Source: Marsupella aquatica
Lineage: Eukaryota; Plantae; Marchantiophyta
Direction of reading: 5' to 3'
NCBI GenBank assembly: GCA_973895155.1
Contig: OZ316896.1
Coordinates: forward strand, 13,248,549-13,312,548
DNA length: 64,000 nucleotides
The notes under the pieces were generated by a model, which was given only the letters and a program-made list of their open reading frames with translations, did not search any database and had not been told where the DNA came from. The stretch's first letter is position 1. Every line of letters begins with the position of its first letter. Below, piece by piece: positions 25,063 to 35,040 of this stretch. Position numbers and translations under genes: made by a program.

Positions 25063-27941
25063 ACTTCTTGTCTGGGCTCCGGAAGGCAAACTGCACGCAG
25101 CCCGTCCGATCAGAAGCGTGGAGGAGGAGGGAGAGAAGGTGAATTTCCAATTTTACTGCCCTGCTTTCCAGGCAAGCTCGTTTTCCACTCCGGTCCGTGG
25201 TGACCGGCCCTCTGTCCCCCTGCCCAGCCCTGCCCGTGCCCAGCCGCTGTGCCGTGCTAGGCTCTGATTCACTGCCCAGTAGGGAGCCAGAGATTGCAGT
25301 CTGGGAGGAGACAGGAATGGAAAGGAAGGGCAGGGCAGGGGGCAGTGATTGTCAGAGTGGGTGCTGGTTTTCCTCTTTCTCGCTTTCTTGACTTTACTTT
25401 ACTTTACTGTATTTCTTTTCTTTTCTTTTCCTTTCCTTTACTGCTATTTCCATTTCCCCAGAACTCGAGACTGCAGCGCACTTTTTACTTACTTTAGTTG
25501 TTTTTTTCAAAGTGACTAGGGTGACTAGAGTGTGAAGCTAGAATGGACCACAATGTTTTGACCTTAGGACTAAGATGGGTAAACCCCGTTTTGACACCCA
25601 AAACATGTTTTACAAAGAAGCAGGTTTGCAAAGAAAACAGCTTAGAAAAAAAATGTTCCAAAGTGGTCCATGTGCGTTTGCAATTGTCCATCCGTGTCTG
25701 TCGGAGCTTTGATTTTTAAGGCGGTGCTCGCACCAAAAGCATCAGAGGTCAATTGCTAGCATGAAAGACATCAACATGGTTCTAAAATTCCTGAGTATAG
25801 ATTTCAGAGCTATGTGTCAGGATGGGATACCCATAAGAAACGTTTTACGTGAATGAGATTGTGAAGCTGGCTGAGGATCATGAAAACATCCATTTTAACT
25901 ATGAGATGGAGCCATTAATTTGTATTGCCAAGATGAAGTTAAACTGTCAAATAATTGGTGTTATAGTGTTCTGAAGGCAGAGGGGAGTACCGCCTTAAAA
26001 ATTCTGGCTTTCATTTGGAGCATGTAGTGGTTTAAGGCACCTGCCCCTCGGTTTAAAATCTTAATGCCCTTTGCCACTTAGAATGCCCTGTCAAGATTTG
26101 GGTCACCACTTTAGGAAGAATCTCCTCTACTTTTACTAACAGTAGTAAAGATAAAACTCTCTTGGGTCTTTTAAATGTTTTAAGGCCATGTTTTCATAAC
26201 ATTAAGGACAATAACATCCCTTCAAAATTTGAGCTCTCTTTTTTTGGGGGCATTGTATCCCACAATGCCTTGTAAACAGGACATTCCTATCTAAGAAAGC
26301 TAAGTGAATTTTCCACCGACATTAAAAGGGCTAATTTCCATTCCTTCCTTTTTCCTTTCTAGTTCCCCATAATCCAATGCACTCTCATCAGTCATAAGTT
26401 ACCCAGCCCGGTCCTTCTGCCCCTCTTCGACGTCCCTTTTTCTCGTTTTGTTTTTTGTTTTTTTGGGTCTTTCCTTCTTTCCCGCCAGCGGGCCACCGTG
26501 GTCTCAATCGATCCGCTCATCTGCCCTTCCCCTCATCCCCATCCCCATCCCCTTCCAACCCAGCCTTGCAGACTACAGTACAGCCAAGCTGCCCTACCCT
26601 TTCCCCTGCCCGTGCCCTCTAGTTTGAAGCTGAGCCCAGCCTAGCTGACTACATCACGGCCAAGCTGCCCCGCCCTGCCCCCTGCCCTGCCCTGCCCAGA
26701 CTGCCCTGCCCCCCAGTGAGTCCCCCTTCCTCGTCGTTCTTCCGCTCTGCTGCCCCTCTCTGTGTCTGTGCTGTGCCTCTGCAGCAGCAGCAGAGCAACA
26801 GCACTCCACTTCTCTTCTTCCCCCTGCTGTTCACAAAGGCCAGTAGTACAGTAGTACTTTTGAGCTCCCTCTCCTTTCGCTCCATTGCTTATTGCAGTGC
26901 AGTGTAGTGCATTTGAGCGTCGGCCATCTGCTTGAGCTCGTCTTCTCTTCTCTTCTCTTCTCTTCCCCCTCTCGGCTTCTCGGACGCCACAATCGTACTA
27001 CTACTATACTTCGCCCGCTTCTCTCATCTCTCTCTTCTCTCTCTACGTTATCGCCATCGCCTCGCTCTCCCCCTCTCTCTCTCTCTCTCTCTCTCTGGTA
27101 CCCCGTGTCCGGGCTCTCTCGCTTTCCCCATTTCTCGTGGTAGTGGACGAACCACCAGGACGGAGAAGCGAGCTGTCGAGCTGTGCGGTGCAAGGTCTGG
27201 TTTGCAGCAATCAAGAGGTGGACGAGGAAGAAGAGGACAGTGCGTTTGTGGGTTGGTTTTTGTGGATGGTTTTGTTGCGCAGCAGGGAGCTAGGGAAGTA
27301 GAAACAAGAAGCGCAAGAAGCAAGAAGGAAGAAGAAGAAGGAAGAGGAAGGGGGTTATTGGGTTTGTAGGTTGTGAGATCGAGTCGGATCTCACGGGTTG
27401 ATTTCGAGGCTGGGTGAAGAGTTTCTGGTGTTGTGTGCGCTTTCTTTGGTCGATAGGAGGTAGAGGGAGTGGCCTGCTTTTACTGACTTGCTGGCTTGCT
27501 GGCGGGCGGAGTCCGAGCATTTGCTGCAGAGAGGCGCGGGAGAAGTTGTGGTGTCAGTTATTCTGAAGGAGCATAGGAGGTTGAGCATTGTTTGTTGGGT
27601 TGGGTGGAGCGGGCTATCGTTTTGGCCTGGGTGATTTCAGTTGGATTGAAGGGAAAACACTGAAAAAAAAGAATCGATAAGTGAGGTAGGTAGGAGGTTG
27701 GGAAAGTGTTGGAGGTACACATAATGAAACGACGGAGAACAGGGGAAAAACTAACAACATCCCTCGGGGCCGTGGTGGAGCTGGTTGAGAACCTTTCTTG
27801 GGAGGCTGCAGCCTCTACGATAGTGCGTATTCCCCATCCCGGCTAGAGCAGAGCAGACCACAGGGAAGACACAGCGCAGTCTATTCTACACCATTGGCAC
27901 TAGTGTGAAGAGTGAGAGAAAGTCTACCATTCCCCAGTACG

Positions 27942-30900
27942 ATGAGTCAGAATGTCCACACTCGTCTTCCGCCCCCAGGTGTGCCATCCGGAGTGATAGG
28001 TCACTTGTCTCGTTCGAGTGCCGGGGTCAACAGCGGCAGCAACAACATGACCCACGTTAACAACTCTCAACCTGCATCGTGGGGCCACAGCACTAACGCC
28101 TCTAACCAGAATGCAGCAGTAGGTGTAGCAAGCAATCAGCATGGAGCTGCCCCGGGGACTCCCTCTGCAGCGGACTACGACAAGGCGACCACCGTTCCAT
28201 CTCCCCAGAGCAGCAGCAGCAGCCAGGGCACCACCCTGAAGGAGCACGATTTGTTGGGGCTGTCGGATGTGTCTTCGTCCAATGCCAGTAAACAGGAGAG
28301 TTCTAGCCAGAGAAGCGACTTCCCCCATGAGAGGCTGAATTTGAACCTGAATTTGGGAGCGACTGAGCTCAGACTTGGACCCCAACATGATAAGCCGAGC
28401 TCAGGTTTTCAGGGAACCACTGCTGTAGACCCTGGTAGCTTCCTTGGATTGGATGCAGGTGGCAAGGGTCTTAATGCTGAAACCTCGATTCAGGACAGAC
28501 GTTCCTCTACCGTGGACCCCAGCGCTGCGAATTCAGAGCAACAGCAAGAACAGGGCATGGATCGAGGATTTAGCTATAGCTCCTACAGTGGAGATAGAGC
28601 TTCTACTCAGCAGGTGGTTAGAGCTGACATAATGGAAAGCTCAGGTTGTAGGCCATTGATCGAGAGCGAGTCATTGCAAAAGTGGCACGGAGCATCAGCA
28701 GAACACAAGGCTGCGAATGAAAGCCTTAGTCTTAACATGTCTTTGGTGCAGCAGCAGCAGCAGGATGATTTGATCGGAAAGAAGATGTTTGAAAGGAACT
28801 ACAATGAGGAGCCTCAGGAAGTCCAACACAAGCCGCATGCTCCAGCGGATGAGCATCAGGTCTACTCGGAGTGGCGAGAGAGAAAGCAACATAACGTTGC
28901 CCAAGATGACGTTTCCTCGTCCGAGAATGGATCAGCACAAGACCAAGTGATGGTAGAGAAATCTAACACTTCAGATGTGCACGAGGAAGCCGAGCTGCAC
29001 CAGAGAATGGATCTTGAAGCTTATGCTGTCGACAAGCGAAATTTTCCAGACTGCAAGACGTTGGTAGCTCTCCAGCCTCCGGAGCAAAGGTTCCAACAAG
29101 ACATGAGCTCAGTGCCAAGTCCCAGGCATACGGACTATGTCGCACAGCAGAAGCTATGGCAGTCGCAGATGTTGATGAGGCCTCAAATGGGTGTACCAGA
29201 GTTCCAAAATCAGCAGCAGCAGCAGCAGCAGATCTCTCTTCCTACTAAAGACGAGAACTTCATGAACGGTTTCAATGGTAACTTCCCGGGACCTAGAGGG
29301 GTGTTCCCTGTCGCCAATAAGCCCGGTGTCTCAGGTGCCAAACGTCCCTTCGACACCATAGGGACTAATCTGGATGCTAGGAACGATTCCCGGGTAAGCT
29401 CCGTAGCTGAGACCCCTTCAATGATCAACTCTAATTCTGCCACTTCTGATGCCGAGGCCAAGTCGAAAGCTCAGACCCCCTCGTATCCACCTTGGGGTGG
29501 CAATCGGGCCCCCACTTGGCAAATGCTCCACAGCGGCGGCTCATTTGGGCCATTCCCCTCGCAGGCACCTGGCCGAAGTCAGGGCATGAGTAGCAAATCC
29601 ACAGTGGATGCACCTATTGCTGGGGGAGAGACGGCCCCGAAGGCATGGGAAGCCCACACCAAGAGCTTACATCAACAACAAGATGCAGCTGCTTCGATTG
29701 GTCAGAAAATGGGCAGCTGCCCTTCTGAAAACAAACCAGCACCTGCCCAGGCTCCCTCCCCTTCCTCTGAAGCAGCATCTGCCCCCAGGTGAGCATTATC
29801 AATGCTCCTGTCCATGGTTTGGGCCTCCATGGCCCGATCGTCCTCAGCTACTTGACGTGGTTGCTTTGTTAACTACATGGGGTTTCATTGCTTATTTGGA
29901 TGCTACGGTGGAGCTGTGGTTGCTCGTCGGATTTTAATCTCTGTTTTCTGGAGTTCGCATTGTTCATTGTTTCTGATCTAATTTCTGGTTTTGATGGAAA
30001 CAGAGTACCCGCTCCCACCTCGCATGCGGTGGGGTGGCCACCACTCCGTTCGTACCGGAAAAACTCCATAGCTGCTCATCCGAGGCCCTCGCCAGTGGAG
30101 ACCCAACAAGTCCGACCTCCTCCTCCCCCACCCCAGGCAGCCTCCCCTGCATCAGTGGCGAGCCAACCAAATTCATGCTTTGTCAAAGTGTACATGGACG
30201 GTGTACCCTTCGGGCGGAAGGTGGATCTCGTACCATTTGGGCGGAAAGTGGACCTCAAGACTAACCCCTACGAGAAGCTATCTCTCGTTCTGGAGGACAT
30301 GTTCAGAGCCTTTGTGAATGGTGAGTTTTCCCTGACATCGTAGTTCTTGTGGTCATTAATGAAGTGTCGTTTGTCTATAGATCTCGTCTGTATGTTGGTG
30401 AGCTGTGGTGATTGGTCTCTGCTGGTTGAAAATCATAGAGTTGACGTTGATAGCTTCACCAGTATGCTCATTGTCCACCTCAATGCACTAGCAGGTCAAC
30501 AAAATCCCAAGGAGCTCACACTGCCATCGGATAAGCGCAACTTCTTACATGGCTCCGACTATGTGTTGACATACGAAGACCAAGATGGAGACCTCATGCT
30601 AGTTGGCGACGTCCCATGGACGTAAGTTTCCTGATCCGGCTCGACTCTGCACTTTACTTAGTCCACCTACGAGTCTTTGGACCTCAATTTTGCGCTTTTT
30701 CGTTTTGTTTGTATGACTTGAAACTGACCATGTAGATGGTTGGGGGTTTCAGGATGTTTATCGATACCGTGAAAAGGCTCCGGATAATGAAGGGATCTGA
30801 GGCAATTGGTCTTGGTAAGTCTGCTTTCTTCCTCAACCACTAGAACTTGTTCCCTTTCTGTCTCAATTCCTGGCTTTCTCTCTTTTATGTTAGATTCTAC

Positions 30901-31085
30901 AAGTGCATGATCCGATTGTTCCAATAGAGCTCGGTATCCCGTTCTGTTGTACTGTGTCTTTGAGGGTTCTTTAGAGTCCATGAACGCGTTTGTAACGGTT
31001 TTTCAGGTTGGCTGACGTTCTCTTTTTACTTTTGATTTCAGGAAACCGAGCTGCGGAGAAGGCAAACAAATTGCCCAATGTTTGA
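27942..31085 (+). CDS. IAA: Aux/IAA auxin-signalling repressor (long bryophyte-type, ~798 aa)
   Basis: Exons 27942-29788, 30004-30320, 30495(or 30492)-30621, 30753-30814, 31042-31085, all GT-AG and frame-consistent. Motifs: [11 protein letters not shown], domain [18 protein letters not shown], degron [14 protein letters not shown]1 [48 protein letters not shown]. Confidence 0.95.
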
Positions 31086-32639
31086 TCGTAGTATGGATTA
31101 ATAGTAGTCGTAGTCAGCCGTCCACGTTGAAATGTGGAGCAAGAGTTGATTTGTCATCAACCACAACATTTTTCATTATCCTCTTTGTGCAGCGGGGTTT
31201 GTAGGGAAGGCAGGGACAGCAGCTTGGAACTGGACAGACATCATAGAACGAACCAACTATTTTGGGCGCTCTGGCCGTCCCCATCTATCACTAAGTTTTG
31301 CATGGCCTGGACTCCTACATAACCTGAGGATTTTACTGTATCATTCTATCATATCTAATGTCAATCAAGCGGCACGTAAGTCTTAAGTTCATGGAGAGCG
31401 GAGGATTGTGTCCTGCCCTACTTCTCCAGTTTCTGTGTAGGGAATTGCAAGTGCCAAAGCTTTTAGTTCCCCTCCCTTTTGTTGAGGTTTTCGCAGACAA
31501 TACAGGTAGTAGGCAAGGTAGGGCATTGAAATTTTAGGCTCACGAAGGCAGAAGAAAAACTTGTCTTCCTTTGGATTCTTCCATGTAACGACCATGTAAC
31601 GAGTTTTCCAACTCACGTCTTCGGTTTCATGATTGTCTCTGGCATGCCAGGCACAGTTTGTAAGGTTGTTATTGAAAAAAGAAATAAGGTCATGGTCGTG
31701 ATTATCTGGCTTCCCTCCATTGTCATTGTGTCTTCATTTTTAGCTCGAGATGGAAAAATTGGCTTTGGGTGCCACTCCATGTTTCCTTCCATGTCTGTCT
31801 CCTTCATGCGCTCACTTCAAACGCATCCAGGTCTGTTCCGGTCCGTGGTCGTTCCGCCTCCATGATCATCAGCCTCGCAGTTTCTCGCTCGAGTCTGAAA
31901 GCCAGTCATCAAGATTTTCTCAGTATCTGCAAGTCTGCTCAGACACAGGTTCTCCAGAGTTATTTTAATCTCCATATAATGCGCTTGCTTTTAGGCCGGT
32001 ACGCAGCTGGACCTCATTAGGATTGTACTTCTCTCCCCTGCTGCAGCAACAACGGGGGTCATGAGTAGCCTTGGTTTCCACCCATCTCAGACGTCACTTG
32101 AGTAGCCGCACAACATGTGTCGTACGTCAACCTCCATCGACAGCTCTCTGTTGATCACCCCAAGGTCATCCACGGTCAGGTAACCGACCCCTCTCCGCCA
32201 GAAAAAGATGTACTGTACAAGCTGCCACTGGGCTGCTCTTGCCTACTGGCCTATGTTCTCTCTTAAAGCAGCTGGTAAAGGAAGTAGCTCATCAAATTCT
32301 GTGCCCCACTCCAAATTTAGAGGTTAGAAGAGCTGATTGGGAAATTTTCATGTTTGTCGGAGACAATAGCCAAGGAAGTGAAAACCATGCTCGTTTCTTT
32401 CTCCAATTTCCTGGAACTTCGATCCACCTTGACACAACCTAAAGGGCACCGACGTGGCCTTCCTGCGTCCATAGCAGTCTGGCTGGGGTAGAATGATGAT
32501 CTGCAGGGGGCAAACCGGCGAGGGAGAGCCGACTAGCCGAGGCAAGGTGCGGAATGATGATCTGCAGGCGAGGAGAGCCGAGGCAAGGCGCGTTTGTTTC
32601 CTCAAAACAGCGTCCTGCACTGTACATGATTGTCCATCA

Positions 32640-32728
32640 CCAACACCACCACTTCACTGCACTCCAGTCCCCACTTTGATCTTACCAACACCACCACTTC
32701 ACTGCACTCCAGTCCCTACTTTGATCTA
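32640..32728. repeat. ~44-bp tandem duplication
   Basis: CCAACACCACCACTTCACTGCACTCCAGTCCC.ACTTTGATCT x2. Confidence 0.9.
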
Positions 32729-33055
32729 AGTCGAGAGGACGAGACGCTTCATGGATGAATTTGTGGGTAACGATCGCAGCGATCGAACCGTTCTCAACCT
32801 ACGGCTGCAAAACAGAGCAGAAGCCGCTCGAGAGGAAAAGTCGCTCGTTCTCTGCTGGCTACTGTTGCCAAGAGCCAGTCAGTGATCCAACAGACAGCCA
32901 GACCTTATTAGAGGGCGTCGATTTCTCTTCCGACCAGCAGGCATCACTTGCTCCTCCTCCTGCTGGTCTGCACGACAGTGATTTCAGTAGATTATATCCT
33001 CCGTGGTGCTGGTGGGATATGACGAGATTGCCAGACAGCAGCAATGCCGTTCGTT

Positions 33056-33805
33056 CTCTTGCTCTGGAAGCGAAATAGAAAATTGTGCACAGTCCACCGT
33101 GCCCGAGAGCTGTGGCCCCCATAGCTTTTCGTTCTGGTAAGAGTGCGTTTGACTGCTGTCACTCCATCACCCATGGCGCTCTTGCTCTGGAAGCAGAAAG
33201 AAAATTGTGCATAGTCTACAGTGGAGGAGAGATGTGGCCCCCATAGCTTTTTGTTCTGTTAAGAATGCGTTTGACTGCTGTGACTCCCATCACACCCATT
33301 GCTCTTGCTCTGGAAGCAGAAAAAGCAAATTTGTGCATAGTCTACAGTAGAGAGAGATGTGGTCCCCAAGGTTTTGTTGTGGAAAAGAATGCGTTTGACT
33401 GTTGCTGTTGTGACTCCGTCACCCATGGCCCTCTTGCTCTGGAAGCAATAACGAAAACTGTGCATAGTCTACTGTAGAGGAGAGATGTAGCCCCCCATAG
33501 CTTTTCGTTGTGGTAAGAATGCGTTTGACTGGTGTGACTCGATCATCCATGGCTCTCTTTTCTCTTGAAGAACAAAGAAAATTGTGCACAGTCTACTGTA
33601 GAGAAGAGATGTTTCCCCTCCATAGCTTTTCGTCATGGTAAGAATGTGTTTGGCTAGTGTGACTCGATCACCCATGGCTCTCTTGCTCTGGAAGAAAAAA
33701 ACATTAAAAAATTGTGCATAGTCTACTGTAGGGAAGAGATGTAGCCCACATGGCCTTTTGTTCTGGAATGACCCTGTTGGACTCGTGTGACCCCATCACC
33801 CATGG
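33056..33805. repeat. Tandem array of six ~125-bp units
   Basis: Unit CTCTTGCTCTGGAAGC..AAATTGTGCATAGTCTAC..GAGATGT.GCCCCCATAGCTTTT..AAGAATGCGTTTGACTG..GACTC..ATCACCCATGG starts near 33056, 33179, 33302, 33431, 33554 and 33680. Confidence 0.9.
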
Positions 33806-34199
33806 CAATAACAGCGGTGCATGGTAACTTCACATCAAAAGCACCAGCCGGCTAACTAAAAGGAACAACACTAAGATATATAAAAGAACAGTTGGGTTTA
33901 TTATTAGGTTTATCATGGTATGGAAAATCAATTCAATGTGTAAGCACTTGTCATCTACACAGTATACCATGTGCTGCTGATTTTTAATGTGCAATTATCC
34001 TATGCTGCTGCTTTTTTATGTGCAATTAAAGGGACTCCAGTGTATAGTAATACTGTAATACTCCTCCGCACTAATCCCCAGGAGGAGTCTATTATAGGAG
34101 CGGTCAGTAATGACAATGATCCAAAAAGACAAAAGGGACTGTCCCGGGTGCAGTAGATGGTCCCAAGAAATGTTGTGCAGATTTTTCTTCTTGCGTTTG

Positions 34200-35040
34200 T
34201 AGCACTGTGTCAAAGACACTATGAGAGAGGCTTGACCCCTTATGGATAGGCCTTGTTCAACAGCAGAACTCCACCAGTAGACACAATGGGTAGCCCTAGA
34301 GGTGCCGACTGCCTCATTTGCTGTGTGAACCAGTGTATTTTTTAGGTGCAAAGTTTAGGCAAATTCCACCTCTCAAAAAGTGTTTGCCACTTTTGGCTCA
34401 CATTGGTTACATTTCTTGTATGCCATTCGCCACTATCCCACATAATCATCGACCCCATTCACCAGAATCTAAGGGTCATCCGTAAATCTAGGGATATCTG
34501 ACGGTCAGGATATAATCTAGGAAAAACTGACAAAGAATATTCCTAGCATCTCCTCCCTTAGAGCTGCTGCCATTCACCACACTGGCTAAAAATTAGAAAC
34601 CTTGAAAAATATGCTGATTTGAACCATTGAGGCAGTATGGTGGCATATCCACGCAAGACAGTGCAGGTTCAATTTGGGCACTCATTAGTGGTTCTTCCTT
34701 CAAGTCCATGTATTTGAAGCTACTGGTTGGAATGCAGGTACCAGCCTGGTTTAAGTTGAGCTTTTGCATGGCATGGTGTCAAAGATACTCTACGTTTTGT
34801 GCGATGGGAGAGGCTTGACCCCTTCTACACGGGCCTTTCCAGCAGGAGAACTTAACCAGTAGGCGTGACGGGTAGCCTTAGAGGTTCCTGTCACCTTATT
34901 TGCTGTGCACCAACAAGGCAAGTAGGGCAGCATGTCCATAGCAAGTGCACTTTGAATTTGGGCACCGGTAAGTGGCCTTTCCTTCAAGTCTGAGTATTTG
35001 AAGTTACTGGTGGGAACCCAGGTACCAGCCTGGATTAATT
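34200..35040. repeat. Old ~270-bp tandem duplication, first copy interrupted by a MITE
   Basis: 34200-34330 plus 34625-34755 aligns with 34770-35040 (GTGTCAAAGA, GAGAGGCTTGACCCCTT, GGGTAGCC.TAGAGGT, TCCTTCAAGTC..TATTTGAAG, CAGGTACCAGCCTGG). Confidence 0.75.
34331..34616 (+). mobile_element. hAT-like MITE, 286 bp
   Basis: TIRs CAGTGTATTTT / AAAATATGCTG. The 8-bp TSD is degenerate (GTGTGAAC / ATTTGAAC). The element interrupts one copy of a local duplication whose other copy lacks it. Confidence 0.7.

Noticed and set aside
25711-26003. 19-bp inverted repeat (ATTTTTAAGGCGGT.CTC) suggesting a MITE in the Aux/IAA promoter
   Set aside because: The termini and TSD could not be defined, so it was left uncalled.
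26649-27588. Many 60-145-aa ORFs upstream of Aux/IAA
   Set aside because: Low-complexity CT/GA-rich leader or promoter sequence, mostly non-ATG starts and no homology.
27912-27941. GTG start given in the ORF track for Aux/IAA (and the upstream non-ATG start at 56839 for ABC1K)
   Set aside because: These are eukaryotic genes, so the first in-frame ATGs (27942 and 56731) are preferred.
33056-33805. CRISPR-like periodic array
   Set aside because: Whole units are homologous with no unique spacers, the context is eukaryotic and there are no cas genes.
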